The notes under the pieces are model-generated. The model had not been told where the DNA came from and did no database searches. It worked only from the letters and a program-made list of their open reading frames with translations. A program made the position numbers and the translations under genes. From the NCBI RefSeq assembly GCF_900232105.1, contig NZ_LT934425.1, forward strand, positions 4,140,001 to 4,172,000: a stretch of DNA of 32,000 nt. Direction: 5' to 3'. Every line of letters begins with the position of its first letter. Position 1 is the stretch's first letter. This document shows positions 1 to 9,335 of the stretch, in pieces. This DNA is from Candidatus Kuenenia stuttgartensis (lineage in GTDB: Bacteria; Planctomycetota; Brocadiia; Brocadiales; Brocadiaceae).

Positions 1-847
1 CTATTACGTACTTGGCATAAATAAGGGTCTCCGGTTTTAGTTCAATGCCCTTTTTGCTTGCATGTCTTTTAAGTTTTTTATGAGCTATTTTAATGGCTTC
101 TTCTGTTTTGCGTATTATACAAAGACTACCTTTGACATATTCAGTATTATCAACGTTTGGAATAAAAACGTTCCATGATTTTATAGCAAGGGGTCTTTTT
201 AAATATTGGATTTCTTTCAATAAAGGAAAGGGTTTCTTTTCTTCGCCGAATATCCGTAGAGATTGCGAATTAACTCTAACGCTAAGATAAGCGCCTTTCC
301 TTGTTGCATGATGAATTCCTTGGCCAGTACAGTAACCTCTGTCAGCTATAATATAATCATCTTTTTTCATCGGAAACTGCCGAAAAGATTCTCCTGTGCC
401 TTCTCCTTCAGTTCCCGTAAGTTTAAAGAAATCGCAAGATAATGAAGGAACCTCAATACTATAATGAATGCGCCAAAGACTTCCTGTTTTCCCAGGTTCC
501 TTTACTGTTGTTGCATCAAATAAGCGAAGATGAAAATTATTCCGTTTATTAATTTGGAGGCCACGCTCACGGAATAAAGATAAACATAATTTATATAGCC
601 ATTCTTTGCTCTTTTTTAATCGCTTTAATAAGGCAACATCGGATAAATCTGCTAAGTTAGCACGCTTGGCTCGAACTACTGTTTCACGCAATGAATAGCC
701 ACATCCTAAATGAATTAATAATGTTCGAAGAAGCTTTTCTTCAGATTTATCCTTGCGCAAGCCTTTTAAAGCATTTGTATCAACGGCTAAACTTTTCCAA
801 TCGTTTGGGAAGAAAGTTCTTAGAAGATCCCAATCTTCTCTCATCAT
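1..847 (-). CDS. IS4-superfamily DDE transposase, copy 1 (first ~282 codons; C-terminus beyond window edge)
   Basis: The minus-strand ATGATG at 847-842 begins MMREDWDLLRTFFPNDW, identical to the 367-aa ORF at 18437-19540. The frame stays open to position 1. It is missing from the ORF track only because it runs off the edge. Confidence 0.85.
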   Translation of the reverse strand, partial: MMREDWDLLRTFFPNDWKSLAVDTNALKGLRKDKSEEKLLRTLLIHLGCGYSLRETVVRAKRANLADLSDVALLKRLKKSKEWLYKLCLSLFRERGLQINKRNNFHLRLFDATTVKEPGKTGSLWRIHYSIEVPSLSCDFFKLTGTEGEGTGESFRQFPMKKDDYIIADRGYCTGQGIHHATRKGAYLSVRVNSQSLRIFGEEKKPFPLLKEIQYLKRPLAIKSWNVFIPNVDNTEYVKGSLCIIRKTEEAIKIAHKKLKRHASKKGIELKPETLIYAKYVI

Positions 848-958
848 GGCTTTATCCTCCTATAGAGTGATTAGCGGGATAATTAATATAAAAATACCAT
901 GATGAATAAAAATACCATGATGAATAAAATTTGTCAATAAAACAAGTTAGCGCTTATG
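1..958 (-). mobile_element. IS4-superfamily insertion sequence, copy 1 of 3 (distal part cut by window edge)
   Basis: Collinear and near-identical to 18344-19727 (opposite strand) and 28571-31082. The terminal IR CATAAGCGCTAACTTGTTTTA is read on the minus strand at 958-938. The leader has an 18-bp tandem duplication (AAAATACCATGATGAATA at 891-908 and 909-926) that the other two copies lack. Confidence 0.9.
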
Positions 959-1232
959 CCCCCTGCACCCCCGCCAGCGGAGGACATAGTTTGAGCAGGA
1001 TCATTCCCGATTTTTGGTTAACTAATTGTACAAGGACTATTGTACAAGGACTAAAGTGTTACCAAATTTCACCATTAAATATTTTGCCAAAAATGCTAAG
1101 AAATTACTGATAAGGTACTAAAAAATCCCCCCCGGCAGACTTCTGGCAGGAGCCTTTAAAAAAAGGAAGCAAATCTTGCGCATACGCTTATTTTCAGTTG
1201 ACAACTCTTATATACAAAACTATCATCTCTGC

Positions 1233-2189
1233 ATGTTTTCATTTGCCAATATTAAACAATATAAAAAAATATTACTCTTATTCCTGCTGATAGTGTTCGC
1301 AAGCAGTATTATTGCACCCGTAGTAAAAGTATTTTTGGATTCATTTTTACCCTCAAATTCTTTTTTCGTTAATTTATTGGATTATGAAGATGGTCACTAT
1401 AATTTTGCAAGAGTCATGCGGCGCATTATCATGGCGGTCGCCATTCTATGCATATTTTTATTGAGAAAATCACTCATGTTTCCTTCCTTTGGTACTATTG
1501 GTTTAAAGCCCGGTAAAGGCTGCTGGCAAAAATTGCAAATTGGATTTCTTATTAGCACCGGTATGTGTATTCTCTATTTCGCATTTTTATATTTTTACGG
1601 AATTGTTACTTTTGAAATAGAAACAATGTCTCCCGGCAGTTTGATCGGTAAAGTTTTCACCTTGATAATAATCGCCGTTGTTGTGGGCGGCGTAGAAGAG
1701 TTTATTTTCAGAGGATTTATCCTTCAAAGCATTTTAAGAGATACGAAGGTGTTATTTGCCGTTTGTTTCTGCAGTATGTTTTACGCATTGCTCCACTTCT
1801 TCAAGGCGAACTCACTCGTTACTCCGGGTTTTCAACCCTTTATTGGTTTTATTGTAGTATATCAATCTTTCGCCAATATTATTCTCACTATTGCAGAGAC
1901 ACTTCCACTAATTATTGGGCTCTTCATTGTTGGCGTGGTGCTTTCGTACGCCTATTTGAAAACAAATTCATTGTACCTCTCCATTGGACTGCATGCCGGA
2001 TGGATATTTTTTATTAAGGCAAACAGGCTTTTTTTTGATTTCGTTGATTCAGAATCAGGTTGGTTGTTCGGAGACCGTAACTTAATTAACGGCATAATGG
2101 GCTGGAGTTTTTTGATCGTTACCCTTTTAATTGTACATTTTATTACAAAAAGACTGCATAATGGAAAAAACGCTGCAAGAACTTGCTGA
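1233..2189 (+). CDS. CPBP-family intramembrane glutamic endopeptidase (CAAX-protease-like)
   Basis: Polytopic hydrophobic protein with the CPBP motifs EEFIFRG (EExxxR), FYALLHF (FxxxH) and a later HAGW histidine motif. The in-frame ATG at 1233 is preferred over the TTG at 1176 in the ORF track. Confidence 0.8.
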   Translation: MFSFANIKQYKKILLLFLLIVFASSIIAPVVKVFLDSFLPSNSFFVNLLDYEDGHYNFARVMRRIIMAVAILCIFLLRKSLMFPSFGTIGLKPGKGCWQKLQIGFLISTGMCILYFAFLYFYGIVTFEIETMSPGSLIGKVFTLIIIAVVVGGVEEFIFRGFILQSILRDTKVLFAVCFCSMFYALLHFFKANSLVTPGFQPFIGFIVVYQSFANIILTIAETLPLIIGLFIVGVVLSYAYLKTNSLYLSIGLHAGWIFFIKANRLFFDFVDSESGWLFGDRNLINGIMGWSFLIVTLLIVHFITKRLHNGKNAARTC

Positions 2190-3201
2190 TTACGTAGGGG
2201 GAACAGTTGCCGGCGATCCCAATACCATCATAAACGGTATCATGGGCATTGATGAAGCAACTGAAGGACACATCACATTTGTCGCCAATGAAAAATACAT
2301 TAAAAAAATGAATCATACCAAGGCTTCCGCGGTGATCGTTTCGCCAAAACTTATCAACGCTAAAAAGAACCTTCTGGTCTGCAATAACCCCTATCTTGCA
2401 TTTGCAAGGATAGTGGAATTACTCATGTTTAAAAAACCGGTCTACGTGAAAGGAATTGATTCCGCCACAAGCATTGCAAATACGGCAAAAATCGGCAAAG
2501 ACGTTTCAATTCAGGCATACGTTACGATAGGAGAAAACGCCTGCATCGGCGACCGCGTGGTTGTTTTCCCCGGTGTTTTTATCGGAGAAAACTGTACCAT
2601 CGGCGATGATGCCGTTCTCCATGCAAATGTTGTAATCTATCCCGATACCGTAATTGGCAGGAGAGTCACTATTCACAGCAATACGGTAATCGGCAGCAGC
2701 GGCTTTGGCTATGCCCCTGATGGCCAGAGCTATTATAAAATACCACAGGCGGGCAATACTGTAATAGAAGACGACGTTGATATTGGTGCAAATACAACAA
2801 TCAACAGGGCAACTCTGGGGCAAACTATCATCAGGCGGGGAACAAAAATTGACAGCCAGGTTGTCATCTCTCATAACGTCGAAATCGGAGAAGATTCTGT
2901 AATCGTTTCACAGGTAGGCATTGCAGGCACCGCAAAAATCGGAAAACACGTGACCCTTGCAGGCGGCGTCGGCATTATCGGACATATTACCGTTGGAGAC
3001 AACGTTACCGTTGGCGGGCATTCCGGAGTGGCGCAAGACCTCCCTGGCAACGGAACATACCTGGGAACGCCTGCGCTTCCCATTCAAAAAATGAGGCGAT
3101 GTTACGTAATCATTGAAAAATTGCCTGAAATGAAAGAACATATGAAATCACTTGATAAAAGATTAAAACAACTGGAAGAAAAATGGAAAAACTCGGATTA
3201 A
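2161..3201 (+). CDS. lpxD: UDP-3-O-(3-hydroxyacyl)glucosamine N-acyltransferase
   Basis: LpxD-type N-terminus (LQELADYVGGTVAGD...GHITFVANEKY) followed by a long run of hexapeptide (left-handed beta-helix) repeats and a C-terminal helix. ATG at 2161; it overlaps the upstream stop. Confidence 0.9.
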   Translation: MEKTLQELADYVGGTVAGDPNTIINGIMGIDEATEGHITFVANEKYIKKMNHTKASAVIVSPKLINAKKNLLVCNNPYLAFARIVELLMFKKPVYVKGIDSATSIANTAKIGKDVSIQAYVTIGENACIGDRVVVFPGVFIGENCTIGDDAVLHANVVIYPDTVIGRRVTIHSNTVIGSSGFGYAPDGQSYYKIPQAGNTVIEDDVDIGANTTINRATLGQTIIRRGTKIDSQVVISHNVEIGEDSVIVSQVGIAGTAKIGKHVTLAGGVGIIGHITVGDNVTVGGHSGVAQDLPGNGTYLGTPALPIQKMRRCYVIIEKLPEMKEHMKSLDKRLKQLEEKWKNSD

Positions 3202-4001
3202 TTGCAGGAAACGGAAGATTCCCCATACTGTTTGCCAAAGGCGCAAAAAATAATAATGTGCCGGTTATAGCCGTTGCTATTGAAGGGGAAACCTCCCCGG
3301 AAGTCGGGCAATATGTGGAAAAACTCTACTGGATCGGCGTCGCTCAGATTGGCAAACTTATTAAAATTTTTAAACAGGAAAACGTTTCCAAAGCAGTCAT
3401 GGCGGGCGGTCTTACGAAAGGCAATATGTTTTCCTCTTTGCGAAATCTTAGACTCCTTCCCGATTTAAGGACAATTAACCTCTGGTATAAAAACGTAAAG
3501 AGAAGAGACGACCAGACCCTGCTCGGAGCGGTTGCTGACGAGTTGTTGAAAGACGGCATAGAATTGCAAAGTTCCACCCTTTACGTTCCTCAATTACTCG
3601 CAAAAAAAGGCATACTTACCAAAAAAAACCCCACCGATAGAGAGATGGAAGATATTTATTTCGCAGTTCCATTGGCAAAAGAAATTGCGAAACACGGCAT
3701 CGGCCAGTGTATTGTTGTTAAGGAAAAAGTAGTTCTTGCGGTGGAAGCCTTTGAAGGTACTGATGAAGCAATCCGCAGAGGCGGAAAACTGGGGAGAAGC
3801 GATGTTGTTGTCATAAAAGTTTGCAAACAAAATTTTGATCCGCGATTCGATATTCCTACCGTAGGTCTTGACACCATTAAAACCCTGAAAGAATCTTCCG
3901 CCTCCGTCCTTGCCCTTGAAGCAGGCAGGACTATTATTCTCGATATTGAAGAAACCCTTGCAGAGGCTGACAAGGCAGGCATTTCCGTTATAGGCATATA
4001 G
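3183..4001 (+). CDS. lpxI: UDP-2,3-diacylglucosamine pyrophosphatase LpxI (DUF1009 family)
   Basis: The N-terminus MEKLGLIAGNGRFPILFAKGAK and the ~270-aa size are typical of LpxI. The start overlaps the lpxD end by 19 nt, the usual lipid A operon context. Confidence 0.75.
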   Translation: MEKLGLIAGNGRFPILFAKGAKNNNVPVIAVAIEGETSPEVGQYVEKLYWIGVAQIGKLIKIFKQENVSKAVMAGGLTKGNMFSSLRNLRLLPDLRTINLWYKNVKRRDDQTLLGAVADELLKDGIELQSSTLYVPQLLAKKGILTKKNPTDREMEDIYFAVPLAKEIAKHGIGQCIVVKEKVVLAVEAFEGTDEAIRRGGKLGRSDVVVIKVCKQNFDPRFDIPTVGLDTIKTLKESSASVLALEAGRTIILDIEETLAEADKAGISVIGI

Positions 4002-4290
4002 GCGCTTCACGTTTAACAATTGACAATTTATTGTAGAGATGCTGCATCGTATAAATTCTAAATACGAACCCCGAAATACGAAACAATACAGAGCTACAAA
4101 CAGATCACCCCTAACGGGGTTATATTGTTTTTTTATATATTGGCTTTTCAAAAAACTAAATTGTTACAAATGTTACCAAATACGGATAACGTTTTTGCCA
4201 TTAGGATTTCGTATTTCGTGCTTCGCATTTCTTATCTCATCCCTGTTTAGTTATGGCTACACCAGCTTAGGAGTTTTATCTCTTTTAACA

Positions 4291-4914
4291 ATGATGACCA
4301 AAACACCTCGTGAAAGATGTTTTCATTGCCATTTAATACTACAGGACTGTATTTGTCCCCAAAATCCTCCCCTCTGGACCGAACACAAAATAACCCTGTT
4401 AACAAGCAGAAAAGAGTCGCGAATCCCATCCAATACCGGAAGGTTGATCCGTATCATGTTGGAAAACACCACTGCTATTTTTATCGGAGAATACGGCTGG
4501 GAAAGAGCGGTTGAGCGGGAAATAGCAGGAAATGATTATACGCCTGTAATCCTCTTTCCCATGGCGCCTTCTATTGACGGTAAAAATATCATTGAAAAAA
4601 AGGGGAAGCCTCTGAATATTTTCGTACCGGACACAAGCTGGAGAAATGCGAGAAGATGGCTTCACAAACCACTGTTTCTGAATTTACCGAAAATAGGATT
4701 AAGAGAAATTCCTGCCTCTGAATATCACCTGAGAAAACAATCTGCCAAAAATTATTTATGTACATTTCAGGCAGTAATCTCATTAATGAAGGAACTCGAA
4801 ATCAAGGATTTTGGCTCAGCATCTTTTCAAATGAACGAAAGATTCAGGCTATGGGTAAAATCGCTGGCAAAAGAAAGAGGATTAACCTTCACGAGCGATA
4901 GCATTAATTATTGA
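4291..4914 (+). CDS. DTW-domain protein (tRNA-uridine aminocarboxypropyltransferase-like, TapT/TuaA type)
   Basis: N-terminal cysteine cluster CFHCHLILQDCIC and the DTW signature VPDTSWRNARRW. ATG at 4291 is chosen because the 84 upstream codons of the tracked ORF run through intergenic repeat DNA. Confidence 0.75.
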   Translation: MMTKTPRERCFHCHLILQDCICPQNPPLWTEHKITLLTSRKESRIPSNTGRLIRIMLENTTAIFIGEYGWERAVEREIAGNDYTPVILFPMAPSIDGKNIIEKKGKPLNIFVPDTSWRNARRWLHKPLFLNLPKIGLREIPASEYHLRKQSAKNYLCTFQAVISLMKELEIKDFGSASFQMNERFRLWVKSLAKERGLTFTSDSINY

Positions 4915-5738
4915 ATTCGGGTAACTATACTCAAACTGCGGAATTTTTTGCTACTGTACAAAACAAGATGCATTAGTCATATTCAGGGGACACCATACTT
5001 AATTATTGGCACAATCAAGTATGGATGGATGGGGTTCTTGAAGTGGCGAGAAAGGTAACAATTTAGTATTTTGAAAAATTCCAACAATGTAGTGCGATGA
5101 GGTTCGTCGCACTACAAATTATAATTTCCTGTAGTGGTCAATAAATAGGGGTAATGCATTTACATCCCTCGTATAAACCTGATATGTGCTTACCTTTAGT
5201 CCCCCCCGCTGGGGGAGTCAGGGCAATGTCATTAAGTTAAACAAACGGCCGCAAAGTAGAGACAGATTTCAAACCTGTCTCTACGAAGGGGGAAAAAGGG
5301 GGGTGTTTTTGATCAAATAATTCATAGCACCTTAGTTATTTGAAAAATCCAAGGGGGGATATAAAAAACAATGTAGCCCCTGTAGGGGCGGTCTGTTTGT
5401 AGCGCAATAAAATTCAACAGGTAAATAGCTCCGTAGGAGCGGCCTGTATATGATTGACAGGAAGACAGGCCGCTCCTGATTATAGAGACAGGTTTCAAAC
5501 CTGTCTCTACGATCTGTTATGGTATCCTATCTACAAACAGGTTGCTCCTACGGAGCTTATCGGCAATACGTTTTTTTTAAACCAAAGTGTTACAATAATT
5601 CTGAACTTAATGACATTGGGATTCAGGGGTTCTTTTGTACAATAGCATCCTATCCTGCTACAAACAGGTTGCTTGCACTGAATTTATCGACAATACGTTT
5701 TTCAAAAAACTAAAGTGTTACGATGCTTTTAGCTATCA
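4915..5738. repeat. 824-bp intergenic mosaic of short hairpin-forming repeats (REP/BIME-like)
   Basis: Hairpins read directly: GTAGTGCGATGAGGTTCGTCGCACTAC (5090-5116); GTAGAGACAGATTTCAAACCTGTCTCTAC (5256-5284); TAGAGACAGGTTTCAAACCTGTCTCTA (5483-5509); GCTCCGTAGGAGC (5428-5440); GGAGCGGCCTGT/ACAGGCCGCTCC (5436-5447 with 5465-5476). There are also two ~64-bp direct repeats, CTACAAACAGGTTGC...GTGTTAC, at 5531-5593 and 5658-5721. Confidence 0.8.
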
Positions 5739-6869
5739 CTATGTCATGGTTTTCTGAAATCTCCGGGAAGCAAACCAAAGAGTCAATATCCCCATAACCA
5801 TAAGAGCAAGCATTTGAGGCCAGAGAATTTCTGTCCCGATTCCTTTAAGAAAGATTCCGCGAATAATTTCCAGGAAATACCGGAGAGGATTCAGATAGGT
5901 AAGCCACTGGATTGCCCTGGGCATATTTGCTATTGGAAACATAAATCCGGAAAGTAATACTGCAGGAAAATAAAAGAAGAAGGTACTCATCATTGCCTGT
6001 TGCTGTGTCTGGCTTACTGTTGAAATGAATAGTCCGATGCCAAGCGTAGTCATGATATACAAAGCCGTAGCAAAGAAAAGAAGAAACAGGTTGCCTCTGA
6101 TAGGCACTTCAAACCAGAAAACACCTATCACGGTAATCAGTATCACATCTGCAAATCCTATGAGTGCAAAAGGCACTGTTTTGCCCAGGATAAATTCAAT
6201 TTGTCTTATTGGGGTAACCATGATCTGTTCAATAGTCCCTATCTCTTTTTCCCGTACAACGGCCATACTGGTCAGCATCAGGGTAATAAGCATGACAATG
6301 ATTGCAATTACTCCGGGTACATAAAAATTTCTGCTCTCGAGGTTTTCATTGAACCATGCACGCGTTTGCATATCGACCCCAGCGGGCATTTGATAAGCGC
6401 CTTTGACCAGAGTAAGGCGGGTTATAAGAATCTTTTTTGAAAACTGTGCAACAATCTTTGCGCTGTAATCAAGTATTACTCCGGCAGTATTTGAATCGGT
6501 TCCATCTACAATTAACTGCAATTGAACAGACCTGCCTGCCCTTAAATTCCCTGCAAAGCCAGCATTCATATGAATTACCGCCCTTACCTTACCACGGTCA
6601 ACAAGTTCCCATATACGCCTTTCATCGCTTACATATTCGATTACCTTGAAATAGCCTGATTGGACAAAACGTGCCGTGAGTTCACGGCTGACTACAGTAT
6701 TGTCAAGGTCATAAACTGCTGTGGTAATATTCCTAACGTCTGTCGTAACAGCATATCCGAACACAAGTGTCTGGAGTACCGGCATGATAAAAATTATTCC
6801 CATCATCTTCCTGTCCCGAAACATCTGGATAAATTCTTTAATAAGGATTTGTCTTATACGTTCTATCAC
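5739..6869 (-). CDS. ABC-2 type transporter permease (YbhR/YbhS-like)
   Basis: The N-terminus IERIRQILIKEFIQMFRDRKMMGIIFIMPVLQ matches the YbhR/YbhS pattern. It has a large periplasmic loop followed by a C-terminal bundle of about 5 TM helices. GTG start at 6869. It is the last gene of the operon. Confidence 0.85.
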   Translation of the reverse strand: MIERIRQILIKEFIQMFRDRKMMGIIFIMPVLQTLVFGYAVTTDVRNITTAVYDLDNTVVSRELTARFVQSGYFKVIEYVSDERRIWELVDRGKVRAVIHMNAGFAGNLRAGRSVQLQLIVDGTDSNTAGVILDYSAKIVAQFSKKILITRLTLVKGAYQMPAGVDMQTRAWFNENLESRNFYVPGVIAIIVMLITLMLTSMAVVREKEIGTIEQIMVTPIRQIEFILGKTVPFALIGFADVILITVIGVFWFEVPIRGNLFLLFFATALYIMTTLGIGLFISTVSQTQQQAMMSTFFFYFPAVLLSGFMFPIANMPRAIQWLTYLNPLRYFLEIIRGIFLKGIGTEILWPQMLALMVMGILTLWFASRRFQKTMT

Positions 6870-6876
6870 TTTTATT

Positions 6877-7094
6877 GTAACACTTTAGTTTTTTTGAAAA
6901 ATTCCAATAATAACGCTGCTTTCAGTATAGTGTAAGTGTAGTGGCGAAGCATTTGTCATAAACGGTTGCTGCTCGTTCCTCACTTGAAATATCTAAGTAG
7001 AGACAGGTTTGAAACCTGTCTCTACCATGTAGTGCGACGAACCTCGTCGCACGACAAAGGACAATTTTCCAGTTTCAAAAGACAAAAGAGTTAC
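6877..7094. repeat. MITE/BIME-like composite repeat filling the gap between the two permease genes
   Basis: Imperfect terminal inverted arms GTAACACTTTAGTTTTTTTGAAAAATTCC (6877-6905) and GGACAATTTTCCAGTTTCAAAAGACAAAAGAGTTAC (7059-7094). They enclose the hairpins GTAGAGACAGGTTTGAAACCTGTCTCTAC (6996-7024) and GTAGTGCGACGAACCTCGTCGCACGAC (7028-7053), plus a half palindrome TGGCGAAGCATTTG (6943-6956). Confidence 0.7.
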
Positions 7095-7097
7095 CTT

Positions 7098-8237
7098 TTA
7101 TTCAAGTTTTTTGTTGAAACCAACATTGGCGAGGATGACCATTACGATACCAAACAATGTCAGCAAAACCGCCTCCAAGATTAAAACCTCCAGCCCTACT
7201 CCTTTGAGATAGATACCTTTAAGCAGCGTCACAAAATACGTTGCGGGAATGAAGTATGTCATTACCTGTATAGCTTGCGGCATATTGTCAATTGCGTACA
7301 CAAAACCGGACAAAAGAAATGACGGAAGAAACGTTACTACCATGGCAAGCTGGCTGGCCAGAAGCTGTGTTCTTGCCAGAATGCTTATCACTATACCCAA
7401 CGAAAGTGCACCGGTAAGGAATATGGCTGCCATAGCAAAGAGAAGTCCCGCACTGCCACGAAGTGGTACCTGAAACAAAAATTCTCCCATGAGAACTGCG
7501 ATCAGAACATCAAACATTCCAATAGCGAAATAAGGAAATAGCTTACCGAATATGAGTTCGCTTCCACTGACAGGCGTTGATATAAGCTGCTCCATTGTTC
7601 CCCGCTCCCATTCACGTGCAACGGTCAGAGAGGTGAGAAGTGCTGCAATTACCATCATGATCACTGCGATAAGGCCAGGTACAATGGAGTTCTTTGATTC
7701 AAGGTCGGCATTAAACCATGCCCTGGGCCTAAGGTCCACAGGGTTGCTAATCCCGTGTGATCCTCCGATGCGCTCAATCTGTCTGATAACGAGGTCACTG
7801 GAATAGTTAAAGGCAACAGTATCAACATACCCAATTGTAATAGTCGCTGTGTTTGAGTCGCTTCCGTCCACTATTAGCTGTGTGGAAACCCTACGGCCCG
7901 AGTTGATTCTCCTATCGAAATCTGTAGGTATAATAAGAGCTGCGAATGCCTTACCTGAATCTATCGCCCTTTCGATATCACGGTAATTGCTTACCTGGGC
8001 TTTGAGCGAAAAGTAACGGGAACCGGTGAACCGGCTTATAAACTCCCTGCTCATCTCAGATTCGTTCTGGTCCCAAACAACTATCGGTACACTGTCAACA
8101 TCAAGAGTAAGTGCATATCCGAAAAGCACTAACAAAATCATTGGAATAGCGATAGCCATCCCCAGACTTCGCGGATCGCGTATAATATGTAAAAACTCTT
8201 TACGGGAAATAGCCCAAAACCTGTTTAGCTTCATCAT
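7098..8237 (-). CDS. ABC-2 type transporter permease (YbhS/YbhR-like)
   Basis: Paralogue of 5739-6869 with the same architecture (FWAISRKEFLHIIRDPRSLGMAIAIPMILL...). The ATGATG at 8237 is preferred over the upstream start in the track. Confidence 0.85.
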   Translation of the reverse strand: MMKLNRFWAISRKEFLHIIRDPRSLGMAIAIPMILLVLFGYALTLDVDSVPIVVWDQNESEMSREFISRFTGSRYFSLKAQVSNYRDIERAIDSGKAFAALIIPTDFDRRINSGRRVSTQLIVDGSDSNTATITIGYVDTVAFNYSSDLVIRQIERIGGSHGISNPVDLRPRAWFNADLESKNSIVPGLIAVIMMVIAALLTSLTVAREWERGTMEQLISTPVSGSELIFGKLFPYFAIGMFDVLIAVLMGEFLFQVPLRGSAGLLFAMAAIFLTGALSLGIVISILARTQLLASQLAMVVTFLPSFLLSGFVYAIDNMPQAIQVMTYFIPATYFVTLLKGIYLKGVGLEVLILEAVLLTLFGIVMVILANVGFNKKLE

Positions 8238-8330
8238 GTTCTTTTCCGTATTTACTAAACGTAATTTTACTCCTGCGACCACCTGCAAAACCGGCCAATA
8301 AAATAAAAATCCCCAGGCGTTTAATCCGGT

Positions 8331-9335
8331 TCAAACCCCATCTTTGATCCCTTTTTGATGCTCACGATCGTAAGCTTCTATGAGTGAAATAAACACGTCC
8401 TCCATGGACGGAACAACTTTCTCAATACCTGTCACTACATAATTTTGCCCGGCAAGCAGGTTACGAATTGATTTTTCTGCTGATGCCGCATTACCGGTTA
8501 CAACATGAAGCCCGTTTCCGAACAGGGTCACTTCTTTTATATCTGGCAGTCCGCCAATTTGATCCATTGCATCCTGTGACCTGTCACATGCCACTTCCAG
8601 GATATCCTCTTTCATGAGTTCGGTCTTAAGATATTCCGGAGACCCTATGGCAATAAGTTTCCCCCTGTAGATCAGCCCTATCCTGTCGCAATATTCGGCT
8701 TCATCCATATAGTGAGTTGTCACGAATACCGTAACGCCACTACCTGATAGTTCATATATCAGGTCCCAGAACTGGCGGCGGCTTATCGGGTCTACTCCGG
8801 AGGTGGGTTCATCAAGAAAGATTATCGAAGGCTCGTGCAAGATAGCACAACCCAGTGCTAACCTCTGCTTCCAGCCTCCTGACAAGATAGCTGTTTGAGA
8901 ATGGCGGTGATCCTTAAGCCCTGCCATATCAATAATCCATTCTTTTCTTCTTTTTTTCTTCTCTGCGGGTATACAATAGATTCCACTGTAGAAATCAATG
9001 TTTTCCTCTACGGTTAGGTCTTCATAGAGAGAAAACTTCTGACTCATATATCCGATGTGTTCTTTGATCTTTTCCGGTTCGGTACGTATGTCAAACCCTC
9101 CAACTGTACCGCTTCCTCCGGTCGGGGCAAGGATTCCACAGAGCATGCGTATCGTTGTAGACTTGCCTGCTCCGTTAGGTCCAAGGAATCCGAAAATCTC
9201 TCCTTTGAAAACCTCAAAACTAACGCTATCTACGGCCAGGAAATCACCGAAACGCCTCTCAAGACCCACTACAACTACAGCTTTTTTATCATCATTTTTA
9301 TTGTCAATGGTGTTCATCTCCATTACTTTACTCAT
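8331..9335 (-). CDS. ABC transporter ATP-binding protein (second ATPase of the operon)
   Basis: Walker A GPNGAGKST, signature LSGGWKQRL, Walker B IIFLDEPTSGVD and H-loop TTHYMDE. The start is uncertain: ATG 9335 overlaps the upstream stop by 8 nt, and 9323 or 9317 are also possible. Confidence 0.85.
   Translation of the reverse strand: MSKVMEMNTIDNKNDDKKAVVVVGLERRFGDFLAVDSVSFEVFKGEIFGFLGPNGAGKSTTIRMLCGILAPTGGSGTVGGFDIRTEPEKIKEHIGYMSQKFSLYEDLTVEENIDFYSGIYCIPAEKKKRRKEWIIDMAGLKDHRHSQTAILSGGWKQRLALGCAILHEPSIIFLDEPTSGVDPISRRQFWDLIYELSGSGVTVFVTTHYMDEAEYCDRIGLIYRGKLIAIGSPEYLKTELMKEDILEVACDRSQDAMDQIGGLPDIKEVTLFGNGLHVVTGNAASAEKSIRNLLAGQNYVVTGIEKVVPSMEDVFISLIEAYDREHQKGIKDGV

Noticed and set aside
93-290. 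65-aa ORF MASSVL(R/C)IIQR... present three times (93-290, 18994-19191, 29107-29304), which looks like a conserved small gene.
   Set aside because: It lies antisense inside the IS4-like transposase gene in every copy. Its conservation is simply that of the IS, and it has no start context or motif.
1024-1051. Tandem 14-bp duplication ATTGTACAAGGACT x2 upstream of the CPBP gene; possible operator.
   Set aside because: There are only two units and no dyad symmetry. It lies next to other repeat debris and an IS end, so the evidence for a regulatory role is insufficient.
2506-4151. Minus-strand ORFs antisense to lpxD and lpxI (2506-2874, 2871-3083, 2908-3141, 3344-3577, 3594-4151, 3656-3997).
   Set aside because: The plus-strand frames have clear LpxD and LpxI signatures. 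The antisense ORFs are low-complexity shadows.
4039-4290. N-terminal 84-codon extension of the DTW ORF given in the track.
   Set aside because: It runs through intergenic repeat modules (the CGAAATACGAAA inverted pair and the CTACAAACAG module). The recognisable protein begins at ATG 4291.
5531-5721. Two ~64-bp direct repeats with a 64-bp spacer; possible CRISPR-like array.
   Set aside because: There are only two units. The repeats are composite REP-type modules also found singly elsewhere, and there are no cas genes.
5454-7184. Small ORFs 5454-5645, 5519-5713, 6966-7184 (and likewise 27155-27358, 27352-27723, 11562-11771, 11636-11935) with peptides such as RDRFQTCLY, VAPTEL and RRSVGTRRRN.
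   Set aside because: They are read-throughs of the palindromic repeat modules on either strand. The same peptides arise wherever the repeats occur, so they are not genes.
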